Source: the human T2T-CHM13v2.0 reference genome, Homo sapiens. From it: 64,000 nt of DNA. The stretch is taken from NCBI RefSeq assembly GCF_009914755.1, contig NC_060939.1. The stretch is one strand, 5' to 3'. Below the pieces are notes generated by a model that was not told the origin of the DNA, searched no databases, and saw nothing but the letters and a program-made list of their open reading frames with translations. Every line of letters begins with the position of its first letter. Position 1 is the first letter of the stretch. Shown piece after piece: positions 35,200-56,800 of this stretch. The position numbers were made by a program, and so were the translations under genes.

Positions 35200-35624
35200 C
35201 AATATAACATTTGAAAAGTTATAGAAATAACAGAAATATCAGTGTGAACTCCTGATTTTTTGCTAAAATATATATTCCTGAGACTTCTGATTCTGATCAC
35301 AAGGGAGTAACATCCATCGTTGCACTGTAAATACTAGGAAACTGGACAAATAGAATAGCTGGGTGGGCCCAGCAGGCCCCAGCTGGCGCCCAGGGCCCCA
35401 GTGCCCATACGGTGTACACATTGGCCATCTTGTTTGGAGAGAAAGCAATTGTTTTCAGATACTGGACTACAGACAGCTCAGGACTGATATCCCTGAGAGA
35501 GGGAAACAGATGGGGTGAGCCTCTAAGTGTGCCCCAGCTTTCTGCCCAGGGGCAATTTTTGAGCTATGGGAGAGACAGACAGAGGGAGAGAGAGGGAGAG
35601 AGAGGGAGAGAAAGGGGCGGAGGG

Positions 35625-35655
<31 letters not shown>

Positions 35656-36599
35656 GAATACAGAACCCAGTTGTCTTACTGAGTTGAGGTGACCAAGATC
35701 AGAACTCAGGAAAGCTGAGGCGGCTAGAATTTGTGAGATAGAATACCAGCAGACAGGAGAGAACTATATAGAGAAAGAGTTCTAGAAATTCTTTTAGGGT
35801 CTTTGATTGACTCCCCATCTGCTCATGCATAGGGTGAAACTCCATGAAGCTGGAGGAAGACCAATGACCAGGGCTGGAAGTCAAACAGCAGCTGATGTAG
35901 GAATTGCTCATGTTTCCCCCCACCAGCATGGAGGGACCCCATCAGGCATTAAGCAGAGCCCAGAAGGGTCATGTCTTAGTGATGAGGCTAAATTAGCCTT
36001 AGAGTAAAGACTACCTAAAGGCCTGGCCTAAAAAGCCTTAAACATAGCCTCAAAATAAAGTTCAGAAAGAAAAAAAAATGGAAAAAAATTACTTGTGGGA
36101 CAATATCAAAAAATCAAATATACATGTAATTGGAGTCCCAGAAAATTTTTTTAATTGAAAAACAGTCTGAGAAATTTTCAAATATAAATTGGTGGATTAA
36201 AACTATAAATCTACCAATTTCAGAAGGTGAATGACTCCTAAGCAGAATAAACACAAAGAAAACCACCTTAGGATACAACATAACCAAATTGCTGAAAATC
36301 AGCAAAAAAGGAAAAAAATCTTAAAAGCAGCCAGAAAAACAAAACACTATGTGGAGAGGAACGAAAATAAGATATCGTAGACGTCTTGTTAGAAATGATG
36401 CAAATAGAAAACATTGAAATGAAATATTTAAAGTGCTGAAAGAAAAAAAAACCCACCCTGTGAACCCATAAATCTAAATCAGATAAAATGACTTTTAAAA
36501 AATGAACAGAAAAACAAGCACCTTTTCAGACAAAGACAAGCTGAAAGAATGTATTGCCATCAGACCTGTATTATAAGAAATGTTAAAGAAAAGTTCTTA
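35200..36599 (+). mobile_element. Old L1M relic (5' region/ORF1), left part of the element hosting the L1PA
   Basis: A-rich degenerate ORF1-like sequence that reads through the TSD into 40565 onwards; subfamily not resolved. Confidence 0.65.
35570..35656. repeat. (GA)n / purine-rich tract
   Basis: Seen directly. Confidence 0.9.
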
Positions 36600-40543
<3,944 letters not shown>

Positions 40544-40549
40544 AAAAAA

Positions 40550-42080
<1,531 letters not shown>

Positions 42081-42427
42081 ATCACACCTACTCTGTACAA
42101 ACAGAGTGTCTCAGGTACCAAAGAGCCCCAGGTAATGAGGGAAAGTTCTTTCTTTGGAGAATTCCAGCCAATGAATTAGAAATTCAACATTTTGCTACAC
42201 CTAATAAAATAATTAATTTCAGGCAAACATCATCAAGGGATGCTAAAACCATCAGGAGAAAGGTTGATGGGGAATTTCACAGTGGAAGAAGAGAAGGTGG
42301 TCATGAAGAAGCCCAACATAACTGAAAGTAGTACCACCTGCCATCATGTGCCTCTTGAGGCGGTGCATTATGAAGGACATGGTATCACCTATGGGGTGAT
42401 ATAATGATTTAAAAGCACTTATATGGT

Positions 42428-42770
42428 GCTGCCATGGGTTGAATTGTCTCCCCCTCCACAACCCGCCGCAAAGAGATATGCCAAAGCCCTCATAGCTGGT
42501 ACCTCCAAGTGTGACCTTATGTGGAAATAGGGTCTTTATGGAGGTAATGAAGTTAAAACAAAGTCATTAGGGTGGGCTTGGATCCAATATTCCTGGTGTC
42601 CTTATAGAAATGGGAAATTTGGACACAGACAGACACAGAAGGACGACGACGTGAAGACACTGTGAGAACGCCAGCTGAGGATGAAGGCAGAGGCCTGGGT
42701 GATGCGTCTACAAGCCAAGGAACACAAAAATGGCCAGCCAACCCCAGAAGCCACCCTTTTCCAGCAGCCT
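42428..42770 (+). mobile_element. MLT1B/C-like LTR fragment
   Basis: tgggttgaattgtctcccc...gtgaccttatgtggaaatagggtcttt...gtctacaagccaaggaacac. Confidence 0.75.
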
Positions 42771-44078
42771 TGGCAAATGAATACAAGTGCCCACCAAGAG
42801 TCAGACACTGGTCTAAGAGTTACCCTCATACCAGCCCTTCCAGGTGACCTCTGCGGCTGTCACCATCCTCCCCAAGGCCACACTGCATTTGAGCTCTGGC
42901 AGGTCCAGCCCAAGTGTGTGTGTTCACCCACTTCTCTACACCACCTCTGAGTTTAAACCCTGCTCAGAGGCCTTTGTACGTCTATCCAGGCAGCTCTGAG
43001 GTCTTCCCGGGGCTTCATTTTATTTTGCCGTGAGCCAGAAGTTCTTGGCCTGGGCTGCCCACAGCCTCACCTGAGGCTATTTTCAAACTCACTCTGATTT
43101 GGGGATGCCCTCCAAGAGGTTCTGCCTCAAGGGTCTGGGCTGCAGCCTGGGTCTCCCCCAAGGATTCTGGCGCTGCCCTGCTGGTATCCCCCAAGGATAC
43201 TGGCCCCACTTGCTTTTCTCTTTCAGGCTTCAGGAAACTTCTCCACTAGAAATGAGGATAGGCACCTGCTCTGGCTCCTCTGGGGATCCAGATCGCATAG
43301 TCTTGGAAGGTTGGAGACCATTTGTCCCACCCTCGGGCACAGATGGAAGGTGTGGCCCAGGTGACATCTCCAGAATCACAGGCAAGCCAACAAGTCAGTC
43401 TCTGAGGACTCCCTTGGGATGCAGGGAGCCCTTGAATGCCTTAAAGGCTGTTGGGTTCAGCTGGGACAGAGAGGTGTCCCCAGGCCACCACACCCCAGTA
43501 TGGTGCATGCAGGGACAGAGCCAGTTAGGGGTGTGCCTTAGATCAGGAGGCATCATCAATGCTCCAGAAAAGCCCCCGCTGGCTCTAGAGGCACTCTGAG
43601 CTCCTGCTCTGCCCAAACTGTGTCTGACTTGGCTCAACCCCCACCCTGTGGCAGCCCTCACCACCCCCCATCACCCTGTTCCTCACCTAGACTTGAGTGC
43701 TCAAGATGTCACAGCCCTAAGCCACTCACCTGCACATAACCCTTCCACTGCCAGAGGACCCCGGCCCCCACAGCTCTTGCTTCCCTTTAGGGGAGACCCT
43801 GTCCCAAAGAGAAAGCCATGGAAGGCAGTGGCTGGACAGGAGTCCTACCCAAGGCCTTATCACCACTTCTGGGGCATGTCCCTTGAGCCTCCATTTCCTT
43901 GCCTGTCAAATGGGTAAGTAGCCGTTGCCCTGCCTTGCTTGCTGTGTATGCATTAGAGGGTTGCCGTTGAGGATGAGGACACTCTGGATGGAGGGCGGGA
44001 AGGTTCCGTGTGAGTTGGAGTGGAGGTGCATGGGGATACCCAGCATCTGACCCCATGCCCACTGCCTCTTCCCCAAAC

Positions 44079-44199
44079 CTTCAGGATCTTTTCCAGCTGC
44101 TTCTGCGTGTCGACCATGATGACATTGGCGCAGCAGTCATAAGCGATGTACTGGCAGGCCTCTGGGGAGCTGGTGGTGTAGATGCCAGTGACGATGCCA
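44079..44199 (-). CDS. ACSBG1: ACSBG1 exon 5 (GIVTGIYTTSSPEAC...LEKILK)
   Basis: tacag|TGG...AAG|gtttgg; 121 nt. Confidence 0.95.
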
Positions 44200-44504
44200 C
44201 TGTAGGAGACCCAGGAAGATTCACCTTAGGGGAGGTGCAGAGGGGCCACCCCCTTCCCCCACCCCCACATCTGTAGCCCCCAGACCCAGAGAGCTCCCAT
44301 AGCCTGGCAGGAGGGGCTCCCAAGGCACCTGAGCACCTCCTCCCCTGCAGAGAGGGCGCCAGATGCAGGTCCACCAGAAGGCCCCAGGGAGGAGGCAGGA
44401 TGGTGGGGAGTGGGTGGGGGCTGCTAAAAAGAGATAAGGACCCTCCCCTACCCTCTGCCCACTGCCAACCCCCTGGAGACCCCGTCCCTGCCCCCGCCAC
44501 TCAC

Positions 44505-44593
44505 CCTGCAAATACTGTGCCCACTGCCGAGAAGAACCACTCCGGGGAGTTGAAGCCGAGGATGGCCACACTGTGGGCCTGCTTCAGGCCGAG
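44505..44593 (-). CDS. ACSBG1: ACSBG1 exon 4 (LGLKQAHSVAILGFNSPEWFFSAVGTVFA)
   Basis: tggag|CTC...AGG|gtgagt; 89 nt; frame continuous with exons 3 and 5. Confidence 0.93.
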
Positions 44594-45078
44594 CTCCAGG
44601 TCAAAGGCAGACAGGCCAGGTCAGCCGGGCAGGGACTGGGACCCTCATGCCCCTCTCAGAGCCCCCACCCAGACTGCAGGGGACCTGCAGGCTCCACCCT
44701 CCCAGGGTCCCCTCAGTCAGAGAATCCCCTTGGAGGAGAAGGGGTTGGTCACTCAACAGCCCTCACTGCCCCTCCCAGGGCCTTCCCAGCGAGTCTGTCC
44801 GGCCCCTCAGCCCAGCACACTGGGCTTCCAGCCCACCCTGAATGTGATCACAAATGAAAAGTGAGTAACAAGTGCTTGGCACATGGTAGGGGCTCAGCAA
44901 ATAAAAGCTCAGTACGGGGCCCAGCATGGAGTATCAGCCCCACGCACAATGACAGCTTTTACAGTTATTGTTCCTAAGAGCCTTGCCCAGTGGGCAGTTG
45001 GAGAGGAGGCCTGTGAGGCCCAGAGCTGGGAGGCACATCTGGGGAGGGGCAAGGCCTTGCCATGAGGGGCCCCCTTAC

Positions 45079-45299
45079 CTTCAGGAAGCCCTTGGCGGCT
45101 CTGCGGGCGAGCAGGTAGTATTGGGAGTAGGAGATGTGTTCCCACTTGTCCTGGCGCTTGAAGCCCAAAGCGATGAGGTCCCCATACTTATCCAGGGCCT
45201 CGTAGAACATCCGATGCACAGTGTAGGGAAGCTGTGGGCAGCTGGGGTCTATGCGCAGGCGCACCCGCCCATCGGCCCGAGTCGTCCACAGCGCCTCCT
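45079..45299 (-). CDS. ACSBG1: ACSBG1 exon 3 (EALWTTRADGRVRL...AAKGFLK)
   Basis: cacag|AGG...AAG|gtaagg; 221 nt. Confidence 0.96.
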
Positions 45300-47029
45300 C
45301 TGTGGGGTGGGGGAGACCACAGCTTGGATCATGCCAGCCTGGGGACACTTGTCCTGCCCTGGGCAGAGCTCGCAGCCCGTCTGGTGCTGACAATGCCTTG
45401 GGTCCTCGGCCTTGAGGCTGGCAGGCCAGGGTAGACTGGGGTAGACTGGGGTAGGCTGGGAGACCGCCTAGAGGAGGAGGTCTGACTCAGCCTTGAAGGA
45501 AGAGCAAAGTTTAGGGATGCAGCAAGGAAGAGGAGAGGAAATAACTGGAGGACAGACGGAAGTCCTAGACACTCTGTTCCTTCTTTTATCCCAATTGGAA
45601 TTTGCCTCCCAAGGTTGGGCAGTGGAACTGTCAGATCTCCAGGTGCCTTCAGGGTATCTGTCTTTCCCTGCCCTCCTGTGAACAGGTTGGGGACAGATCC
45701 AGCTAGACAGAAGGTCAAAGCACCAAAGAGAACGACCCTCCCGAGGGTCTGGAGGAGACTGAAAACCATCAGCCCTGCTCTCCAGCCTGAAGTCTCCCAG
45801 TCTCAGAAAATAATAACAGTCTTTGCTCATTCTCCTCCTACAAATGAGGTGTCTCATTTAGTCTTCACAGCATGGGTTTGGAGAGCTCCACTGCACAGAC
45901 GGCGCAGCTGCAGCTCAGAGAGGTTCAGTCATTTATCGAAGATCACACATCAAGGAAGTGCAGGGTCAGGATTTGAACTCAGGTGTACCTGATTCCACAG
46001 CTCACACTTAGGACATTGTCTGGGGTGCCACCCTGCCTTTAAGAGTCAGAGGCTTACTCTGTGTATGGTGGGTGGGAACAGAGGTCTACCACTTAGTATG
46101 CAAGACTTGGACAAGCCACTGAACCACTGAGTCAATTTCAGGGGAAAGATGAGGACTCAGTTCTCAGGGTGGACATGAGGATCAAGAGAAAGGGTGTATA
46201 TGAAGAAGCTTTGACCTATGGCTGGTGCTCCATAAATGCACATTTTCCTTCTTCCTCTTTTTTCCAAATTTGCAAAGGAAGCTTGGATGGGTGGTCTGGA
46301 CCCTTTGGTCCCGTGAGACGTCCTTTCCTTGGGGCAAGGGTGGTGGTTCCATGATGATGGTGGGAAGGGATGAGGGCTGGCCAGGACAGGTGGGGCTGCC
46401 CTGCCACCTGCTGGCCAGACCCACCTCGCCTATTCTCCTGTCACCGGTCCTTCCCTGAGGCAGACAAATGAACTAGATGAGCTTGTTCCTCCTCTTTGAC
46501 ACTCTTAGGTTGCATGCAGACTCAGGTTGGCAGAAAGAGGTAAAGATCTGGGGGCTGGGACAGGAGAGCCCATTCCTCCTCCTGTGGAGGGCCGGAAGTA
46601 GGGATGACAAGGACATATCCAGACCCAAACGGGATACATGGCAGCCTGCAGGAAATGCAGGCGGGACAGGGGAGGGTGCCAGAGAGGTGCTTGGCACCTC
46701 TGTATGGCAGAGGTTAAGACCTTCTGGGATGGATGCCCCTGCCACTGGCCATGAGGGAGCCCTGAGCCTTCAGGTAGTGGCGTGAGTCAAGGGCCACTAG
46801 GCCCCGTCCAATCACTCCTCAGACCTCTCCAAGCCTTGCCCCATATCCCGGGATGCTAGCCTGGTGGACCCCGCTGATCTGCCTCTTCAGAGCCTCTAAC
46901 TGTTGCATTTTGCTAAAGTCCATGCCCAGACCAGAAAGTCAGGTACACCTGGGTTCAAAAACCTCAATTCTGCCTCTGTGTGCTGTTTGACCTAACAAAC
47001 CATTCTCTCAGCTGCATCTTCATCACCTG

Positions 47030-47995
47030 CAAATGTGAGGGGTTGATGAGGACATGGGGACACAGAAGCCCTCATACAGTGCTGGTGGGAATGAGATGGG
47101 ACAGCCATGTGGGAAAACAGGTTAGCAGTTTCTTAAAGAGTTAAACATAAAACTACAGTACGACCCAACAACTCCACTCTTAGGTATCTACCCAAGAGAA
47201 ATAAAAACACATGTCCCCACGAAGACTTACACACAGATGTTCTTCACAGCATTGTTTATGAGTCAAAAAATTGAAACAACCCAAATGTCCACTGACTGGT
47301 AAATGAAAAACAAAATGTGGTCAGAGAGTAGAATGCTATTCAGCTCTGAAAAGGAACAAAGTGGCCTGGTGCAGTGGCTCGCACCTGTAAACACGTGAGG
47401 AGACTGAGGCGGGGTATCACTTGAGCCCAGGAGTTCAAGACCAGCCTGGGCAACATAGTGAGACCCTATCTCTAAAAAAAAAAAAAATTAGCAGGGCATG
47501 GTGTTGTGTGCCTGTATTCCCAGCTACTTGGGAGGCTGAGGTGGGAGGATTGTTTGAGTATGGGAGGTCAAGGCTGCAGTGAGCCATGATTGCACCACTG
47601 CACTCCAGCCTGGACAACGGAGTGAGACCCAGCCTCAGAAAAAAAATTAAATCAAATTAAATAATAAATTAAAAAAATATAAAAAGGAATAAAGTATTGA
47701 TAGAGGCTACAACATGGATGAAACTCAAAAACATGTTCAGTGAAAGAAGCCAGGTGCGAAAAAGGAAAGGCAGAAAAGATAGAAAGCAGATTAGTGTTTG
47801 CCCCTGGCTGGAGGTGGGAGTGGGGAGTGACCGTGGAATAGGCACAAGAGATCTTTTTGGGGTGAAGGAAATGTCCCAACATTGGATTGTGGGGATGTTT
47901 TGCAACTCTGTAAATTTGCTAAAAATAATCAAATTGTGCACTTAAAATGGGTAAATTTCATGGCATATAAATTATAGCTCAATAAAGCTACTTAA
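47030..47995 (+). mobile_element. L1MB-like 3' fragment interrupted by an AluJ (~47363-47650)
   Basis: gctggtgggaatg...acccaagagaaataaaaacac...aaaatgggtaaatttcatgg...ctcaataaagc resemble an L1MB 3' end. Confidence 0.7.
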
Positions 47996-48011
47996 GAAAA
48001 ACAGAGAGAGG

Positions 48012-50405
<2,394 letters not shown>

Positions 50406-52591
50406 TAGCCATTAGCCAAATCATCCATCTTTAACGTTGGTGATATTAACATGCCTGCCTCATTGTGTGCATGCTGTGTGGCTGCGTTGTACTCCACGGT
50501 TGGGCCCTCTCATAATTTACTCCGCCACTCTCCACTGAAGGACGCTCAAGTGGTATCCAGCCTCCAGCCCTCCTTCTCGGTTTAGATTATTAGAAGGAGG
50601 TTTACCGGATCAAGAGAAAAGAGTGTTTAAAATCTTGATGGACATTTTGGACAGAATTCTTCACCTAATTTCTCCTCTCCCATCAGCTACATGGTTCTGT
50701 CTTTTTCCTGTTTCCTCTTCCATGGAGCCTGTGCTTTTGTGTCAGGTCATCTCATATCCTTCCTGGAAGGAGGGAATGAGGCATGGGAAGGGAAGGAAGG
50801 TTCATAGGTCTGCAAGGTCAGTCTCCTATTAGTCCAGCTGTTTCATGACAGGGACAAGAGCCCTAGCTCTGGAGGACCCCTTGTCACCCTTGGGAAGGGT
50901 GACAAGGCCTCCTGGCCAGCTGCATGACCCAGCCCTTTCTCTGCACAAGCTCAGCTGAGCCAGCAGGACCTGTCTGAGCCCCTAGACCAGCTGGAAGAGG
51001 AGATTCTGGTGGGAAGGAGGCTGCCCCTGCCCTCGCTGAGGCCCCGATCATCTCTTGCTTACTGCTTACTGAGCCCCTGCCATGCGCCATGCCATTCTTT
51101 GCCCATCACCACTGTCACCTCCCAACTAAAGAGTTGAGTGGCAGAGCTGGCATCCAAACCCCCACAGTTCCATACCCAAGTCTGCTGTTCCCACAGGGGT
51201 GCTGCCTCTCACGGTGAACTTCAAGGAAGACCCCGGCACCACATCTCCCATCTCCTCTGGGAAAGGACTATCACGCCTCCCGCCAAGTCCTGTGACAGGT
51301 TCAGGCTGGGTGACCTTGGGCAGCCATGACCTCCAGCCACCGGCCTTTTCCCACACTCCTGAGACTCCCAGAGTGACCTTGCTAAATCCAGGTCTGACCT
51401 GCTCAAAAGCCCCCGATGGCTCTCATTGACCACAGGGAGACGTCTATACCAGGGCTTCTAAGGCAGGCCCTCCCCAAGGGGCTCGCTTACCTTTCCCAGC
51501 CTCAACACACACCTTTCCTTACAGCCAACCTGAACTGCTCCCAGTTCCCTTTGGTTCCCCGTCTCTGTGCCTTTGCCTGTGCTGCGACTCTGCCTGCAAT
51601 GCCCTTCCCTCCATCACATGCCCACACTTTACCGCTCTTCAAGGACCACGTGTTGCCTCCTCACTAAAGACTCCCATCCTGAGCCTAATGGAGGATGGGG
51701 TCATGGTCGGGGCTGCCTCTCCCACCACCCTGGAGCTCTGGAAGTCAGATTCCCTCCTCTCTGGGTCCTGGCTACCAGCAGCAACCCGGCCTCCAGCAGA
51801 GGCCAGGGGCCTCTTCTTTGGGGAAGAATGAGCTGAACTCTGCCCCACCCTAGTCCCAGGAGGGCTGGAGACCCAGTGACTGTGTGTCTAGAGGACTCAG
51901 GCCTTCATCTCTCCCCCACCTCACCCTTGCCCCCCAGGGAGGCCAATGAGGACACAGGACACATTGTGCTTAAGCACAGAGACAGGCTCACAGAGCGGGT
52001 ATCTACCCAAGCAGGACACGCCAGCCTCCTTTCCCATCTTGCACCCCTGAGAGACTTAGGTAGGGCCTGCCCTGCTCATTGTCCTTCTGACCTGGGCCCA
52101 CCACAGCTCAGTGGCCTCAGCCTTGGGTGCCAGCTGCCAAGCTCACTCCTGCCCTTCAGAGCTGAAAGAAGGGAAGACAGATGCATCTTCTAGCCTGGGG
52201 TGTGCAATCCTCCCCCTTCTTCTCATGTCCATGTGTTCCCACCCGTGGGCTCTGCTCACACCGTGTCCTCTGCCAATCTCCCTCTCTATAGAAGAAGAAG
52301 TCTCTGGACAATGAGTTAGAAGGGCTGGGCCTGGGTTTTAGCTACTGGCAAGGTACGCCAAATGCAAGGCAGAACGGTCAGAAGGGGTTGCCCACAGCTG
52401 TTGAGCCTTGGACATTGGCCCTGCGACCCCAACCACATGCATGAGACCGGAGCTGCAAGCCCTGGCCAGAGGCTCATGAGGTTGCTGTGCAGGAGCACTG
52501 CTCAGTGGGAGTGCTCCCTGTAGGTGGTGACAGAAAATTAGAGTCTCTCCTGCAGAGTTTGGAAGCCACTTGCAGAGATCAGGATAGCTGA

Positions 52592-53080
<489 letters not shown>

Positions 53081-53750
53081 TCCTCCTAGCCTCTTTCTAA
53101 GCTTCTTTTCTTCCCTGCCTTTCCTCACAATAACCCACATCTCCTGAAGCCATCTGAACTCATCTCCTAACCTCCCTCTCTCCCTAGGTTTCTCCTAAAA
53201 GGAAAGAACTTGAAGCAGCAAAAATACAATCAGGCAAACAGACAATATCCACTGTCTGGAAGGTGCAGTGCAGTGCAGAACATGAACTGGTACAGCTTTG
53301 TTGGGGGCAACTGGCAATATATATCCAAAGGCTTGAAACAGAAACATCCTTGCACTTAGCAATCATACTTTCTGGAAGTTACTCAAGGGAAGCAATCAGA
53401 GACATGTACAGCGAGAATGTGGAGATGGATATCCATACAGCAACGTGTCTATTAGCAAAGCCATTGGAAACAACCCGAATGTCCAACAGGGGACTGGTCT
53501 CTTATTCAGTTCATTATGGTAGAGCCGTATCATGGATTCCCATGCAGCCATTAAAATAAAGTACAAAAAGAATATTTAATGACATATGGAAATGTTCACA
53601 GTATAACATCAAGTGAAAAGGGGAGCAAAAAAGGGCATACAGAAATGCATAGACCACACTGAAAAGATCTGTATCGAGAGACTTAGGAAATCAGGATGAC
53701 TGCCAGTCCTTAAAGTAGTCCTCATCTCCCCTTTGTGCTCCACCAACAGG

Positions 53751-53830
53751 GCACAACCATCAGCTCTGTCCCATGCCCAAACTAAGATCAGTGCAACCAT
53801 CAGCTCTGTCCCATGCCCAAACTAAGATCA
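53751..53830. repeat. 40-bp tandem duplication (2 copies)
   Basis: caaccatcagctctgtcccatgcccaaactaagatca identical at 53754-53790 and 53794-53830. Confidence 0.95.
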
Positions 53831-56800
53831 CTGCTGTAGTAACAGCCAAGAACGGGGCCAGGACACAATCAAGGTCTCTGTTGCCCAGCAAGGCACCCAG
53901 ATCCCAACAGGAGCTGACTCCAAAAGGCAACCAACGACTAGATCTACAGCGCAGTGGAGAACCCAGAAAGCTCGCTGCCTGCTGCCAATGCAGCACCACC
54001 AGCACACTGCCCGCCCACCAAGTGCCAAGTCAGCTGAGAGCTGGGGGGTAGGCTTTCCCAGGCAAGGTTGGCACTCTCTGCCGCCTCCCTCTCCCTCTGC
54101 CGCTTCCTCCCTCTGCCACTTGTCTTGGCCTGACCCTGGCTTGTATCTTATCAATCCACCCTTTATGCTGGGGGCCACTGGGCAGGCAGGGAGCTGTGTT
54201 CTCTGGGGTTCTGGAATAAAGGCGTCTAAAGAGCAAAGGCAGTCACTCAATTAGCCGGGAAGGAAAACAACACAAGAGCAGAGAGCGGGAGGCTGGGGCT
54301 GTTTTCCGTGGTCTGTGGGAAAGGCTGCAGGAAAGTAGCTTCTTGTGCAGATGGAGGAATAACTGGTGTTGAGGAAGAGGTGGGTCTCAGGCCTAGGACA
54401 GATCTCTCTCCGAGAACGGTCCTGCAGGGCACTGACCCCAGAGGCCCTCCTCCAAAGGCCAGGCAGGAACCAGCCCCAGGAGGGCCCCTCTCTCCAACAC
54501 GGGACCCTGTGCTGAGGGCCAGCCCAATGCAAGGCACTCTCAGGGATACAGAAGAGGAAGAGGCCACATTGGCCCCAGGACATGAAGAGAGATAAGGACA
54601 AGACCTAGCACAGAAGGGTCTGTCAGCTGTTCAGTAGTTCCTCTGTGTCTGAGGGGAGAGGGCCCCTGCAGCTGCCACTCCCGGCCTTCTCAATGGGGAC
54701 TGAAGAGCTCTGAGTTCTGGCCACCACAGCAGAATGACCCTGGGCCTCAGTTTCCCCATCTGAATTACAATTGGGGTAGACAAGATGTTCTCTATACGCT
54801 TCTCCACAGTCATTGTTTTAGCTTTTTAAAATTGCCTCTAGGATTCCACTTGTCCAGGCCTGGACCACCGGGGTAAGGGACCTGAGATGGGCTTTACCTG
54901 CCCCTGTAAAGGTGAGCATGCTCAGGAGATGTGCAGGAGACCTCAGGCTGGGTCTCCATCCACTGGAGAGAAGCCGGGTCTGAGCAAGAACCCGGGCATC
55001 CCAGCCAGAAGCCCTGGGCTGGCCTGCCCCAGACCTGCCCCACATGGCAGGGTCCTAGGAGGGGACACCCAGGCAGTGTCTGAGGCTGTCCAGGCAGGGG
55101 CTGGGTGGGTGCCTTGACCCCTGCGGAAAATGTTTCTCTGAGGACCCCCAGAGGTTCCACTCATTTTGGCTGGCAGGGCCGGGATTACCTGTTTCCATAT
55201 CATGGAGAAGGAATCACTGGCACTCATTTCCTCTGACCCTTGGAAAGCCTTTCCTGCCGGCCCCCATCGGAGGCTGCGGGGACAGGCAGGTCCTCTTGCC
55301 TTCCACTGTCCCAACGGCCTCCTCCTGCTACCCGGCCTCAAACTGTGAGCTTCTTGAGGACAAGCATTGTATCAGGCCTCTTTCTGGCTCCCTAGCGCAT
55401 AGCTCCAGCCTGAAACACCACCCCTTGCAACATTTGGGAAGGGTGGGAGTGACGAACCGAGGGAGGCCCAGCAAATCCCTTGACCCACAAAGGGCTTCAC
55501 TGGACTGGAGACAAGTGGGGCTGAGCACCTAGCTTCCCAATTGCAAAAGCTCCTTAGTGGGTGTGGGAGTTTCCTAGGGAGAAAGCGGGTGGGGAGCCAG
55601 CCCTGGCCAGCACCTCCAGCAGTTTCATCCCCAGCAGCTGCTCACCCCGGGTGCCCTCCCCTCTCTGTGGTCTCGATGCTGCCCTTCTCCTGCTGGGCTT
55701 CAAGCTCTATCTAGAAAGGCCTAGAAAGTAAAAAGTAATGTGTCTCCAGGGCCCAGTACAAGGCTGCCTTTGTGTGAAGGTCAGATTCCAGTGTCTCGGT
55801 GGCCTGACTTCGCACAGCTGCTCCCTGGGAGTACAGCCATCTGGAGAGCTCAGAGCTCAGCCTGGGGACCAGAGCTCAGGACCTCAAACTTTTTGGGACC
55901 TCAAAGAGATCTGGGAGCCTCCGAGGGCTCCAGAGTGAACCCTGATTCCTGTGTACAAGACTCAAAGAGCTCCCCAGAGGGGCTGCCAGTGTCTGCAGTT
56001 AGATGAAAGGGAGGCAGGGGCTGGCCAGACTTGTGGGGGCCAGACCTGGAAGACCAGACTGCATGATGCTATCTAGGTCCCAAAGAGGCAGTGTGGCCAG
56101 TTAAGAGTTCCACCTCTTACCAGCTGTGTGACTCTGAGAAAATCACTAACCCTCTCTGAGCTCCATTTCCTCTACCAAATAGGAGTGATAGATTTGTTTT
56201 CCCTGCTACTGATATGAAGATAAAAGGAAAGAATACAAGAAAGTCCCTTAGCACAGGGCTTGATTCTTCTTATTCAGGGCACAACTGTGTGAGGAAGGAG
56301 GACTTTCAGCTCTCCTAATCCCACGAATCCCTCCTCCCCAGCAGTCTTTGATAGGGATAGTTGGCTTTTCCCAATCTTATCAAAAATGCTTTGTGAAAGG
56401 GCAGCTTCAAGACCCCTCCCAATCTGTGCCAGCCCCAATCCCCCTTCTTGTACAGAGACTAGAGCCCAGGGCTCCCAAGCTTCTAGGGAGTCAATGAGAA
56501 AGAGTCCAAGCTCCGCTCCAGGCCTGGCACGCGGTGGACACGCCATCCATGAGAATCTGGAACTCACCCACGCTGTAGCGCAGAGGCTCCCCCTCCACCC
56601 CCAAGGACACCAGGGCTGCAGGACAGGGTGCTGGGCAGAGCATGGCCCCCGAGCCAGGTCTGTGGGAGCCCATGATGCCTGCTTAGCACTGCCCTGGGAA
56701 GCACCTGGGGTCCCTCGGTGGCCTCCGCTCTGGGCGCCTGCTGACAACCATGGTGCCTCCTTAGCCCCTCCCAAACCTCCCCTTTCTCTTTGTCACCAGC

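Noticed and set aside
53751-53830. Direct repeats as a CRISPR-like array
   Set aside because: Only two adjacent copies, no spacers, eukaryotic context.
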